Source: Peribolospora baueri (taxonomy: Eukaryota). Taken from it: DNA of 60,456 nucleotides. The notes beneath the pieces are model-generated. The model made no database searches. It was not told the origin of the DNA and saw nothing but the letters and a program-made list of their open reading frames with translations. The DNA is taken from the NCBI GenBank assembly GCA_029717555.1, contig JAMDHS010000063.1, positions 62,001 through 122,456 of the forward strand, written 5' to 3'. The position numbers and the translations under genes were made by a program. Shown piece after piece: positions 1 through 13,651 of this stretch (positions are counted from its first letter, which is position 1; the number at the start of each line of letters is the position of its first letter).

Positions 1-1269
1 GCCGAGGTGAAGAAGGGAGGGAGGTGGTGCATCAGTCCATCGTCCATGGTGTACGGTCACGGGAGCAAGCAGGCGAGGACAGGAAAGGGTGATGCTCACG
101 AGACTTTTTGGCCAAAGACGCCTCCGACGACAGGGCCGATGATGCTTCCCGCGCCGTTGATGGCGCCGAGGATGCCATGGTACTTTCCGCGATGACGCAG
201 GTTGACGACGTCGGAGACGCAAATGTGTACCTGAAACAAGGTGGCGGTGGGGTGTGAGCTCGGACATTAGTGACCAGCTCTTAACTGACTGACACGCGCC
301 GATTCTCTTTTCCGTCGCGGGAGTCTGCGAGTTCAGATGTCCCGAAGGTATCGGTGCGGGCGTCTTGTGCTCACCATCGAAAACAAGCCACCTCCGCCGA
401 TACCGGCGATCGCCCTTCCGAAGATGAGCGCCATCATACTCGGCGCAGCTCCGCAGAGGGCAGTGCCGCCAAGGAAGATGAGCTGAGCGGCAAGAAAAGC
501 GGATTTCCGGCCGAAGACGTCGGAAAGTCGACCATAGAGCGGGGAGCACGCTTCGTTGTCGAACAAAAGAGACAGGTGGTGAGATGAGACGGACTCGTTC
601 AGGCGTGTCCGGCCTTGGGGAGTCGCACTCACAGGTCGAAGACAAGAGGAAGGCAGTGCCGACCCAAGAGATCTGTTTTGCGGCTCCAAACTCGGACGAA
701 ATGACCGGCGTCAAGCACGCCACGATCGTCTTACCGGCGATGAAGGAGAACAAAAAAGAGTGAGCGAGGCGAGTGCAACAACGGCGGCGCGCTGCTGAGA
801 CTCACCTGGTCGAGGGAGGTCAAGAGGACGGCGAGAGCGAGACAGGCGTATACGATGAGGAACTGTATGATCAAGCAGAAGGTGAAACGATCCGATGAGC
901 ACGACGACGGCACAGCAGGCCGGACCGTACTCCTGCCACGCCTCCGGGCTTCACCTGTTTTAAGGGGATAAGACGACCATGGGGGGGAACAGCGTCGACC
1001 GGTTGCGTTTGCTCCTCCTTGGATGGTTCTTGCTCTTCTTTTGCCGAGTCTCCGGAGATCGTCTGAGCGTCGGATTCCAGTCGAGGATCGCGAACCAGCT
1101 GGGGTTCGCGCAAGCCGACCTCCAGCGTGGTGGTCTGTACGTCGTGACCATCGCCTTCCTTCTTCTCGCCGCCACACTCATTGACGTCGGTGAGGGTGCG
1201 GGCGAGAGAGTGCGTCGAAGGGTTACGAGAGGGGTACGCTGAGGGGTAGCGGGACGACCTGGCCGACAT
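1..1269 (-). CDS. MFS drug:H+ antiporter, DHA2 (14-TMS) family; 5' part only, gene runs off the left edge
   Basis: Spliced exons give LIVYACLALAVLLTSLDQ, then PLYGRLSDVFGRKSAF (MFS motif A), FGRAIAGIGGGGLFSMV and RGKYHGILGAINGAGSIIGPVVGG (motif C). Start inferred at ATG 1269 (MSARSSRYP). Confidence 0.88.
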
Positions 1270-4162
1270 GGTGGGGACAGAGTTGGGGGATAGAAGAGGT
1301 GAAAGTAGACCGAATAGGACCCACGAGCGCAGCTCGATGGCGGTGACGCTGTATAGACCGGGCCAAGTACAAGTCGGGCACGGTGTGTGGTCAAGAGAAG
1401 GTCTATCAAAGAGGCCAGGTGGCGTGTCTATCAGAGTGGTGAGGGGGACGAAAGGAGCGTGAGGCGAGAGGTGCGCCGATGATATACTCGAACGGGACGG
1501 CCACCGCGGTGGTGCTTTCTTGAAACGGTTGATCAACGTGCTCGTTCGCGTTGGAGGCACGTTGTGAACCGTGGTAGTAAAGGAATCCGGTTGGAAGCTG
1601 TGCTAAGAGAACGACGGAGATGGAAAGAGAGAGAGATGTACAGAGTGAAAGAGAGAAATGGCCCTGCTTGGCGTTTGAGATAATGTCGGGGTCGGGTTAC
1701 ATTCCGGGGTCGCTCGAACAGGGCACCCGCGCTGGACGACCTTGGCAGTCGAGTGAGTCCGCCCTGCATGGCCACGATCTGCGCCCGTTGTCCAGTAGTC
1801 CGCTTGGCGCGCGTTCGACTGGGAACGGAGCGTGCGATGTTGAACGGCCGAACGATCTTGACCTTTGTTCGCTTCCTTGCCGCTCGCGAGATGGCGAGCA
1901 GGGGTCGTCGGCGGGCGGGCGAGCCATCCCACCGCCGCCCGGTCCGCTCGCGGCCAGGAGATGGCGTCCGATAGCCGCAGACTGAGTGAGATGTCAAACT
2001 TGGGGCGGGGGGGGTGGGGGGGCAACGGGGAGACGGAGGGATCTCCCCGACGTCTGCGGAAGCGCGAAAATGAAAGGGTGTCGGAGGTCGGAGGTTGGAG
2101 ATCGGAAGCTATCTGGACACGGGCGAGGGCGGGTGTATCCGAGGGTAGCAAGGGCGGAAGGGTTAGATACACAAAGATCGACGGTTGAGAATTTTCCTGA
2201 GTAAGTATTTCCATCTGCTTACCACTCCTTCTTTCTCATTCGTCGACGTGGTTCCGCCGTGTGCGGACCGCCAGTCAGCTTGCTTAGGCCCCGTTCCGAG
2301 CCATGCCAAGCCAAGCTACGTCCCTCTCCTTCCTTCTTGCGACGTCTGCCCAGCCAAAGCGTCACCGGCCCGCCGTGTCGCACAGGATAAGACAGCGCTA
2401 GCCACGGATGACCGACTAAGCAACGCCGTGTGTGTGGACGGCGTAGTAAGCCCAACTAGATCGTCGTCGCCCAACGCCGCCGCCCGGCTAGTGCGCCACG
2501 GCCACTGGGTCGGTCATGTAAGCACTCTAGTAGTTGTCTCCGCCGCGACGCCCTTTCTTCCGTCGCGGCCGAGACATGATCAAATTCTCCAGCAAGTCTC
2601 TCCGCCGGCAGCGCGCGCCCGTCTGTTCATTTCCATCGAGCGCCATGTCATGAGAGAGTGCTTGCTTGTTGACACCCCTCCCGCATCTCGTCTGTCTTGA
2701 GACGCCGGCCTGAGATGCCAGGGGAAAAAAAAAAGCTTTTATCTCCTGCCAGCCGGAGATGGTCTGAAGCATGTCGCCCTCCACCGTCCGACTCCCCGGC
2801 GTCCTCGACCCCCGGGATAGCCTCGAGTGTTCGCTACCTGCCAGAGAGGGAAGGTAGGAGCGACGCGATAGCGATCCACTTAAAGCCCGCCCCGAACCGC
2901 TCCGGGAGGGCCCGGTAAGCTGCCGCTGGCACCCGGCGAATCCGTGACCGGGTCGGATCGACAGACAGCAGACGGCCAGTCCTAGTCCAAGTCATGTTAT
3001 GCCGCAAAGCTCGCAAGCCCGACCGCTCGACCGCAACGTCGTCGGGCACGCCGCACGGTAATCGTACTACATGGCACGCAACGGAGAGAACGTGTTCGAT
3101 CGAGGCCGGCACCGATCGGGTCCTCCCGGTAGCGATAGCTGCTCGCTCGACTTGGAGCAGCCGTCGTAGTCATTGCCAAGAGAACCCTAAACTGTTATCG
3201 ATGCCTCCCCCCGCCCAGTTACCACTTACCATCTGGCCGGCATAGAACTGATTAGCGTAGATAGGAACGATAGGAACGTCTGGGCCAAGAGTGTCATAGA
3301 TCTTGTTTGACCCCGATGTCGCGGTCAGCTCCCGAACGAACGACGGCGCGCACGGGCCTGCACGGGACGTGCGGTCGTCTCTCAAGGATGGATAGATGGA
3401 TGGATCCCGCGCACATCTAATCTCGCCAACGGGCCCTGTGACACGTTTGCATGAGATCCGGCTAGGGTCGTCATGCCGACGGACGATCGTCGTCTCCTCT
3501 CATGTTCATGCAACCCGGCGCACGTTCGTTTGACACCGCACGACGATCCCTGCCCCCCGAGCCGCCGCCATCTTCACGGTGTCGGCATCCGGCTCCCGGA
3601 CGGGTCGGAAAGCCTACCAACCGGCGTGAACGTTCTTCAGCCTCCAAAGTGGCACCTACGAGCACACGCCAGCAAAATGGCGTTTATGACCCAACGCTAG
3701 CATGGGACGAGGGGGTTTATGGAACACTCTAGCTTCGAACCCGATGACCATCGAATAAGGCCAAGATCCGGTCGAAGAGAGGCGGCGGTCCGGTTTGTCT
3801 GTCTGCCGGAAGGAGCGAGGAGACCGCACGTCGCACGCACCACTCGTCGTTCGCCGTTTGGTCAGCCGCATCAGCAATTCCCAACTAATTGTAGCTTTCT
3901 ACAATGTCATCAGACACGGTCAGGCTCCTTGTCCAGCGAAAAGCCTTCGTCTAAATCTGAAAGACGACCAAGGGACACCAGAGGGATGGATGGACGGACC
4001 TACGGTGGAGGTCGCGCTCGAAGCGCACCCACGTCCCTCTGTGCCTTTGTGAGCCAGCCGACGACACCCTCCTCCTCGAGCCAGTCGACCCCTCCTCCCC
4101 GAGCCAGCCAACGCCCTCCTCCCCCCCTGTCTCGACGTTGTATGCGGTCATGGCGACGAACA

Positions 4163-5120
4163 TCATCGAAACAGGGAACAACTCTTGAGGACCTTCTGCA
4201 GTGCCTGAGGGCGTGCGAACCGTGTTTGCAAAAAACGAGTTAGCCTGCCTGCTCGCTCTCCACTCACCATCGTCCGTGTTCGTCGTCATCTCCTTCCTCT
4301 CCATCATCCATCCCAAGCTCACCGCTGGTTTCCGATTCGGAGCGATGGCGATGCAGGTGGGAATCCCCTCCGGCTGTTCGATCCAGACCTTGTGCGGAGG
4401 CAGCATCGGCAACGTCTCCTTCTCCTCCAGCTCGCCTCGGTCTTGTCTGCCCGCGACTTGCGAGCCCCCGGCTCCGCCTCCTTCTTGCTGCCCTTCTCCA
4501 AACCTGACCATCCCCAGCTCCGCGGCCTCCTCCTCCGCCATCTCCATCGCCGAAAGGAGCCTCTCCGGCGACGAGCCGCTGCCCAACGGCACGGATCCTG
4601 CCTCGGAGAGCAGCCTGGAGAGCTCGGAGAGAGAGGTGTTTTGGGGCGGTTGGAGGACCACCTTGTGCATTCGGTCGAGGTCAGACAGATAGGCGATCGT
4701 ATCGTGGCGGCCTTGGGTCAAGTGGAGAACCTGTGCGGGGCAGAAGCGAGTGACGAGAAAGGAAGGAGAAGCATCGGCCTTCCGTTCGCTCTTTTTGCAA
4801 GAAGGTGATGCTGGAGTTCACGCACAGCGGTGCAAGCATGCGCCACTTGCGCCATCATCGGCCCTGGGCCCCATTCCTGCGTTTCTCATTCCGCCACGAC
4901 GGCAAGAAAGGAGAAAGGACGGATGAGCTGGTCCAATCGTGGACATAGGATCAACATCAACCAATGTCGCCGAGCCGCTTACCTTCAAGAGGTCTTTGCT
5001 GACGATCAACTGCACAACCAACGGACGTTCGCGGGAGGCTCGGCTGCTTACTTTGGCGTGCCAAGTTGAAGACGGCAAGAGGTGATGGAAGGGCGTCAGC
5101 TTGAGTTGGTAAGATAGCAT
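4163..5120 (-). CDS. PTRHD1: PTRHD1-like putative peptidyl-tRNA hydrolase (PTH2 fold), multi-exon
   Basis: Exons give PLVVQLIVSKDLLK / WGPGPMMAQVAHACTA / DTIAYLSDLDRMHKVVLQ...HKVWIEQPEGIPTCIAIAPNRKPA / ALQKVLKSCSLFR* (stop 4163-4165), matching the PTRHD1 consensus. Start codon uncertain. Confidence 0.85.
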
Positions 5121-5584
5121 GCGTGAGGAGGCGCGCCAACATGACAGTTTCGCTCCTGTCCCCGTGTCCTCACAGCATGCTGGACCAACTCAGCAATCTA
5201 AGATTCTGCTGGCGTACGCACCAGGTCCGGACGTCATCGTTCTGAGCGGCGGGGGAGAAAAGTGATGGGGTTTCACTCGATCTGCAGCCGCCTTGAGAGT
5301 CGAAAACAGAGAGCTTCTTCTGTGCGCTTGCATTCAAAGTCCCGTCCTTGGCGACAACCTTGGCGACGGCCTTGGTTGGCCAGGTGCTGAAGACGTTGTG
5401 GTCGTCGCCCATCGCTCGTTTATGTACGTACTGGCTCTACAGAAGGAGCGGGGAGCGGAGAAGCGCGGAGAAGACGACGCAGCGCACAGACCACTGCGGT
5501 TGCCGCAATTTTTTGAGGTTGGCCTATCTCCTGGTCGACGAGAAGACAGGATACAGAGGAAAAGTGCAGGCGTTGTGGTCGAAG

Positions 5585-7665
5585 ATGGCCATGTCCTACG
5601 CATCCGCCTCCTCAGCCTCCATTGGGCTCCCTGAGTCGGACCCCGCCGCGTCTTCTTCTAGCTCCGCCTCTGGCCCCTCCACTTCCACGTTCGCCGGGAC
5701 CGCGACGCCTCAAAACCGCCCCCATATCAAGAACCTAGTCCTAGACGCAGGACCGCTCCTGACCCAATCCCCATTGCGCGGCATCGCCTCAAAGTTCTTT
5801 ATTCCTCCTCAGGTTATCGATGAGCTCAAGGACAAGAGGGCAAAGGAACACTTGGAGTGGTTGAGGACGACCGGCCAGGTCGACATCGAGGTGCGAGACG
5901 CGAGCGTGGAGGCGCTCAGCCGAGGTGAGTCGAACTGAAAGCTCAGGAACGTCTCGACCTATCCTCTGTACGGAACACATGTTAGTGGTCGAGGTTTGAC
6001 CGATGAGCTCTTCCATCTACCTTACAAATACCTACCCAGTCATATCCTTCTCTCGCAAGACCGGTGACTATGCTGTCCTTTCCCAGCCGGACCTAAGCGT
6101 ACTCGCTCTGACGTGCACGTTGGAGATGGAGGAGAACGGACTGATGAGACTCCGAGAGGCTCCAGGACAGGTGAGAGGGAGGGTTTGGTTCTGTCCAGAT
6201 CTTGTTGCTGTGTCATTCGATTTTGTTCTTTCGTTTGTCACTTTGAGTAAGGAACGTGCATGACGATTTCCTTCCCGCATCTCTCCGTCCCTCTCATTTC
6301 GTTTGGACCGTCAGCCACCCATCGGTAAAAGACAAGGTGTGCCGCAACAGCCCGTACAACTGAATACTTCCTCCATACCTTCCATCGAAGTCAGCAAGCT
6401 TCCCGCGCGAGCCGCGCAGAGCGATGACGGGCAAGCGGACGTTGGGGAGGGACTTTTGTCCGTTCCTGCGGAGGCCGAGGATGGTTCGGCGAGCGGAGAG
6501 TCTGAGGGGGACTATGCAACGGCAGAGGATGAGGATGAGGGCGGCGAGCACTCGGCAGAAGATGGAGATGGGCGGGAGGAGCTCTCGTCGGCGATGGAAA
6601 GGACGATTTTGGACGACAGTGATGCCCACAAGGTCGGTGCCGTACCCGCCCTTGCCGTTGACGGCATTGAATCGGTGCAGGACGCAGAGCAACAGGGAGG
6701 TGAAACAGACCTCGCGGCGGCTGCAGATGACGAAGCGGCGGAGGGATCAGGTGAAGAGGAGGAGGAGGAGGACGATGACGGAGAAGGTGATTGGATCACT
6801 CCCGCCAACGTCGCTCAACACAAGTACCGCGATCTAGGCCTCCTCCCAGACGAAGGAGCCTTGGGTATGGAGGGCAACGGCGCCGGTGGCAGCGGAGGCA
6901 GCAAGAAGGTGGCGACGGTCAAGCCGCAGACGGTGCTGAAAGCGGCGTGCATGACGGCCGACTACGCGGTGCAGAACGTGCTACTGCAGATGGGCATGAA
7001 CCTCGTCAGCGTGGACGGCAAAAGAGTCAAGCAGGTCAAAAGTTGGACTTTGAGATGCCATGCTTGCTTTAAGTGAGTATCCAGTTGCAGCCCTCTTCCA
7101 ACCTCTCCCTGCTTTACAGCCCGTTCACTGACGTCTTCGTCCTTTTTAAATCCATCCCTCCAAAAGGGTTTGCAAAGACGCTTCGAAGAAGTTCTGTCCC
7201 TCGTGCGGCGGCCCCACCCTGCTGAGGACCTCGGTGACCACCACAGCAGATGGCCAGTTGAAGCTCCACCTGAAGAAGAACTTTCAATACCGCAACAGAG
7301 GCACCGTCTACTCTATCCCCGCTCCCAAACCCGGTCACGCTGGAAGCTCAAGTGGCCGCAAGGGTCCTCTCACCGGCGGCTCCGGACTCATCTTGAGGGA
7401 GGACCAGGTGGAGTGGCAGAGGGCTGTCAAACGCGAGGAGGGCAAGAGGGCGAAGGATGAGAGGCGCATCCAGAGGGCTCTCGAGAATGGCAAGGGCGAC
7501 GCCGCGGCGGCGGCCACTCTCACTGGGAGGTACGACGACCCCGATTGGTTGCCTAGCCTCATGACCGCTTCTGCCAGCGGCAAGGATAGGGACATGGGCG
7601 CGCACGGTATGCCTGCTGTCGGTCACGGACGCAAGAACCCGAACGAGCGGAGACGACGCAAGTAA
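5585..7665 (+). CDS. NOB1: 20S pre-rRNA D-site endonuclease Nob1 (PIN domain + Zn ribbon), 4 exons
   Basis: LVLDAGPLL (PIN), FSRKTGDYAVLSQPDLSVLALT, GDWITPAN, ACMTADYAVQNVLLQMG, LRCHACFK/VCKDASKKFCPSCGG, RGTVYSIP, LILREDQ, C-terminal GRKNPNERRRRK*. Confidence 0.96.
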
Positions 7666-7857
7666 GGACAGCGTGTCTTCCAGTCGACAGTCACCCTCGT
7701 TTCTGTACTTTACGATATCGTCTACTTTTGCCGCATATGAGTGGAAAGTGGGTCAAACATGCTTTCAGGGTATGCAAGTGTACCGACCAGAAGTACAGGT
7801 CAAAGGAAAGAAAGGAAAGGAAAGCGTCACAGGGAATGCTCAAGTCTCTTGACGGGT

Positions 7858-10800
7858 CTAGAAGTGCTGAGTTAGAGCAGAAACGAGCTTGTCGGCAGGA
7901 TCGTCGTCGAGACGAGCCATCTCAATCTCGGAAAGTAGCTTCTTGATGCCTATGTTCAGCTTCCCATCCTCGCCATAGCCGGCCGACTCCATAAGACGGA
8001 GCGTGCGCTCGCGCTCGTGATCCGACGAGAACAGCTGCACTTCGCGGAGAACGTGGTCGAGCGAGCGCAAAGAGGTGATCGGCGGCACGCGGATGTCCGT
8101 CGAGAACGTCTCGCTGAGGTCCATATCTCCGAGCATGGGCAAGTTGGAAGTCGTCGCAAGGACCAATAGGCGGCGGCCCTGTGGGAAAAGGGTAAAGCAT
8201 GCTCGAGTCAGCCTTGATTACGAAGCGAGCACGACTTCGAATGCTACGCACTTTTGGAGGTCGCTTGCCGAGCAAAACGGAGAGAGCTTGAAGGACGCCA
8301 TTAGAGAAGCGGGGACCGATGGGAGTCCAATCTAGAAAAGGCAAATCAAGAAACTAGTCAATGTCTGCGGCGATGAAAAACACCTGAGACACATTGCGAT
8401 GACCGCACCTAGAATTTTCTCAATACTGTCCACTACGATAACGCTCAATGGGCTCTTGTACGAGTCGCTGAACACCTTGTTGAGATAGGCGATCTTTTGT
8501 GCCTCACTAAAACCGATCATGTTCTCGGGGGAGACGAGTTTGATGAAAGGGAACTCGGAGGACATGGCTATCGTAGCCGCCAGTGCCGTTTTGCCCGTGC
8601 CGGGAGGGCCGTGCATGAGTACTGTGACAAGTGGAGTGCGACTCGAAGTGTGCACTTGTTGGACTCGGAGCTGTCCATCGCGCAGAATGACCTGCATGGA
8701 TGGAAGAACAGGGGATGAGGGAAGGCCTCGAGCCTGACCGACGATGCATAAGACGAATGAACCTCTCGATGGCTCACATCAATATGGGGGGCAAAGTGCA
8801 TGATGCCGTTTTCAACCACTGCTGAGAGCTCCTCCTCCGACACACCGAAGGCGGGGTGGACCTCGTCGAGAGCATGCATGAAGTCGTCTCGGTTCACTTT
8901 CATGTTCTCGATATCGTCAGATATGCCAGCCAACGTGCCGACCTGCATAGATCAAGCGACAGACGTCAGTGGATGTCGGAGATGAGTATAAATCAAGACC
9001 AGCCAGTGAAGATCAAGACGGTTGCTCACCTTGACGTGTCGGTTGAAAGCGAAAGATGTGGCACTCTTGACAAGTCCATTGATCTCGGCACCAGAGAAGT
9101 TCTTCGTGAGCTGGGCGAGCTCGGCCAGGTCAACGTCCGCATCCATGACACCGTTAGTCTGCATCTTGGCAGTCTGAATCTGCAGAATCTGTTGACGGCC
9201 GTGTTCGTCGGGAAGGGAGATCTCCATGTGCACCTCGAGACGACCCGGACGAAGAAGGGCTTCGTCGATCATGTCGAGACGGTTCGTCATACCGATGATG
9301 AGGATGTTGTTTAGCTGATCCACACCATCCATCTTTGAGAGCAGCTGATTGACCACGGAGTCGCCTACGCCAGTACCACCGCCGGTCGATCCACGTTGCT
9401 TGCAAATAGCATCAAGCTCGTCGAAGATGATGATGTGAAGGCCGGACTCGTCGCCCTTTTCTTTGTACTGCAAAGGTCGGAGAGCGGGGCGTCAGAGCCG
9501 AACGGCCTCGGACACGACATAATCAATTAACTCACCTCTTTCTCAGCATCGGCAAATAGCTTTCGAATGTTCTCCTCGCTCTGTCCGACGAACTTGTTCA
9601 GAACCTCGGGTCCGTTGACAATCTTCGGCTCTCGGGCGTTGAGCATTTTGCCGATCTGTCGGGCCATCAGTGTCTTTCCAGTTCCAGGAGGGCCATGGAG
9701 GAGAATACCTTTGACGTGTTGGATACCGAGCTTCTCGACGAGGCCGGGTGGGAAGACACGCGAGGCAAAGGCACGACGGAAGATGGCACTGAACTCGGCA
9801 TCCAAGCCGCCGATACCCATATCCTCAAACTTGAAGTTCGGCTGCAAAATGGCGTTCGGAGGCGCACTGTCATCATAGAAGAAACGAAGCAGAAGGAGTT
9901 AAGAGCTGTAGGGCACGTCGTCAGTCCCGGATGGGCAAACAAATGCTGACCGCTTAGCGCTACTCTTGATCTTCAAGTTGCTGTCGGGTGCCTTCATGAA
10001 GGTGATATCTGTTTGATCCATTAGAATACCCTTGTCTCCACCCAAACCACCGCCGCCGGCGCTTCGTCCACCGCCACCCCTCTTCTCCACTGCTTGCAGC
10101 TCCGCCACTTGCAGGCCGCGCACGACCACTTTCAAATTCTGACCGTGGAACTCAAAGACCAGCATTTGGCCGACGGTGAAGATCTGACCATTGAAGGCCT
10201 GAGGAAGTGACGAGAAGGAGGCCATGTTCAGCACACGCACAGTGATAGAGAATGAGGAACAACGGCTTACATTAAGGAAGTTCGCGGCCATCAGGTCTGC
10301 ATCGAACTGTTCTGCGATCTCTTGGCCCCTCCGAAGGAAAGAAACCTGCCGATACGGGAAGACATGTGAGCACGCTGACAGGAAAGACTTTTGCGCATGA
10401 AGGCTAACGCACCTCTAGATCCAATCCGCTAAGGTATATGTCTTGTCCCATAGAGTAAGGGTCGTAAGACTCGGCATCCACGACGTCCCCAGATGCACTG
10501 AGACCGGCCCATTGCCTTTGCAAGATGGCGGTGCCGATAGATCCTGAAGGCACGGTGCCGGTTTGGTCGTAGCTGAAGAGAGCATGGTGACGGGCGGACA
10601 GGAAAGTCAGTCTCTCTTCCAAACCAGCGAAAACGGAAGATGTAGAGAGCAAGAATCAAGAAACTAATTCCCAAAAGCGCGCAAGAGGCCGATCACTGAA
10701 ACGCCACAGCTCCACTCACATCAAATTGAAGACGAAGTGCCGATTGACAAGGATGAACTGAGCGTTGCCCCAGTCGGACGAGCTGCCCACAATGCAATTG

Positions 10801-11171
10801 GACAGAACATAAGGCTGAGGGCACATCACAACCGAGAAACGCCCGTAGCCTCCGGCGTCGCCGCCGCCGCCTCCCCCTCCACGCCCATACGTGCTGTGAG
10901 GGGTGGCGTTCGAGAAGCCAGCTGCTCGAGGTGGGGCGGCGTAGCCTCCCGCTGGGGAAGGCGTGGAGCGAGCATATCCAGCGGAAGGCGGGGCAGGAGA
11001 TCGGGACGCGTAGGTAGGGGGCGCGCCACCGCCAGATCCTGCGAAGCCGGCGGGGGTAGGACGGGAGGCGGAGTAGTTGCTGCTCAAGCCGCCTGCCGGG
11101 GCCGGCCGGGAGGAGGTGGGCATGCGCGAGTAGGAAGCGTGATAAGGATCCTTTTCTCCGCGTCCAAACAT
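7858..11171 (-). CDS. SEC18: Vesicle-fusing AAA+ ATPase Sec18/NSF, multi-exon
   Basis: [30 protein letters not shown], Walker A GPPGTGKT in both D1 and D2, [48 protein letters not shown]. Confidence 0.98.
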
Positions 11172-11975
11172 AGTTGCGATGCAGTGAAAGAAAGAGGAAG
11201 ATGGAGGAAGGAGGATGGGAAGATACTATAAATACTATATATACGACCTGATGATGGGTAGCGACGTGGACGTGTCTCTCCGTGTGAAGGTGCACGGTGG
11301 CCGTTGCGCAGGCACCGCCAGCTACCGCAGCACTCACGTGCACGGAACAAGACCGCTCAGATAACGAGCTCAAATCCTCCATCTCATAAGCAAGGCCGAC
11401 CAGCCCACCTGGCTGCTCTAAGAAGTATGGGCAGGCCATTAAAGTGCCTATCAAGCGATCTTTCCTCATAAACCAAATTTATCTCCCATCTGTCCTTTTA
11501 TCCGCTTGTGACCTGGTGACTTTTGCCAGGTATTGAAGCAGGTATGCAAACATACCGCTGAGCGGAAAGGAAAGATTCTCCGCGCAGCGTGACAAAAACG
11601 GCACTGGCCACGCAATCGACAAGTCAGTCAGCTCAAACAGAGCACGCCATGTTGATCGAGACAAAAAGCGTTGGTTGCTGCATTGTAAAACACATTGATC
11701 GAAAGTGCAAGTTGGAGACGCCAAGGGCATGGCGGCGTTGAAGAGAACAAGACGCTAGCCGAGAACGACGGTCATCGAACAGCGAGCGACATTCCTACCT
11801 CCCCCCATCTGCTCTGCTCCCCTGCTGTCGGACACGCCTGGGGCCTGCATCCTACCACACTGGTGCCCCTCTGCTCTTTGGCACTAGCGGTCCACGCCTA
11901 GTAGGCGCCCAATTGCCCCCAGATGCCCATAACCCGATCACATCGCGACGACGCTGAGCCATCGAGCGAGTCTGC

Positions 11976-13045
11976 TCACTCGCTCTCAGAAATGAGGGCA
12001 AGAATCATCCTGCACATAATTTGGGATGAAAAGAGAGCCATGACAGTGAGCGATGCAAGAAGTATATGAATAAGCCTCGCACTCCATCCATTCTGCCTGT
12101 CTTTGGATCTCCTTTTCGAAATACGCCGAAACTCACCGGTACAGGTAGTAGAAGAAGCTAACAAGGTAAAACCCGAGCTTGACGAAACACTCCTTCTTAT
12201 GACCGGACAACGTTCGGAAGATCTCCGTCGCATCCAGCATGTGGTTCTTGTTCATCACCTTATTGACGTTGAACGCCACTAATGGGGCATTGATGAGAAA
12301 CGCAAAAAATTGGCCGCTTAGGAGGAAGAGGAGGGTCAGGAAGGCGTGGGCGCCCATCTCTGGGAGAGTGAACTGTAGAGAGGGAACGAGAAAACCAGAA
12401 AAACGGTTGACGATGAGCTAGGTCCGAAAAAGCCAAACAGGAGCGGCAGTTCGGGGAAAATAGAAAGTACGCATTGCGCACCTGGTTCAGTTTGTTACAG
12501 AGATCGATCGGGTTGATGTAGTCGCACTCGAGATCGGAGAACATGATGATCTACGGAAAAAAGGAAAGAGACAGGACAAGCACGGTAAGCTGAGAGACCA
12601 GATCAAAAAGCATGTAAAAGAGGAAGGGCAAAACTCACATAGAACACCATCGTGAAGAGCAGTACCGCCGCCATCAGCACCGAGAAAAGGAACAACCACC
12701 CTGTATTCGAAGAAAATGAAAAAGGGACCGAAGTGGAGGTCGGTGCAAGGTTAGCAAGAAAGCTCCAAGTAGTATTGCAGGTAAATCGAACGGGCCCCCC
12801 TCTCCGACCTGGCAACGCTAGCTGTGACATCTCCATAATCCCATCGCGTCGTTCAGGAACCGAAGGTGCGAGCCAGCTGGAGCCGACGAAGATAGCCAGA
12901 TCTTCTTCCTCGTCCTATCACGCAGACACACACGCATGAAACCGCACATGCGCGTGCTAAGCGAGAACAGAGCACAAATGGACGCGATGCAACAAAATGA
13001 AAAACAAGCTGGTCAGCCGGCGAGAAGCTCACCTTCTCCACCCAT
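11976..13045 (-). CDS. ERV14: ER-derived vesicle cargo receptor Erv14 (cornichon family), 5 exons
   Basis: First exon ATG GGT GGA GAA G|gtgagc at 13045-13033 splices to give [13 protein letters not shown]...[23 protein letters not shown]...[11 protein letters not shown]...[25 protein letters not shown]. Confidence 0.95.
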
Positions 13046-13651
13046 TTTGACTGGATTGTTTGGTCGGAACCGTAAGCGAGATGGATTGAAGCGACTGGCG
13101 AGATAACCGGACGTATATGTGACCGAGCAAGCACCGAAGGGGGGGAGGGCCAGTCTGCTTTACGCGTCCGTAGGTGAGTGTTTTGGGTTACCAGGCGGAA
13201 GGAGGGGAGGAGTGGAAAGACAATCGAGATCAGTGCTCTCGCAGCTAGACGGAAACAAACAACCATACGATCTTCCCCTCTACCACACGCGTGCACAGCG
13301 CATTCACCTACGTCTCAAGCAAGTTCACAGCGACGGGCGTGGCGTATCAAGCAACCGACGCGGAGGGGGACAAGGAAGAAGTCGTCAGTCGTTCACGATC
13401 GACCGCACAACACGTTTCACGCCTGCCTACATCGCCGCAGTCACCGTCCGGGGACGATCCAAACGTGGGAAGATCGGTGATAGATTCTTAGCGCCGTTTA
13501 GGGCCGAGGGGTCTTGATGCCTATCACTTCGGCCTGAGAGATAACTTGCCCTGACAATGACCAGGCGTGCCGGCCCTGCAGCCCAGGTCTACCCATCCTC
13601 TTCGTCAGCCCTCCTAGATACCCGAGAATTGGCAGAGCGCAGACGAGGGCG

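Noticed and set aside
5348..5584. N-terminal extension of NOB1 from an upstream TTG (and a similar upstream in-frame ATG at 21357 for MGE1)
   Set aside because: Both lie in short divergent promoter regions, the extensions lack family similarity, and better starts exist at 5585 and 21600.
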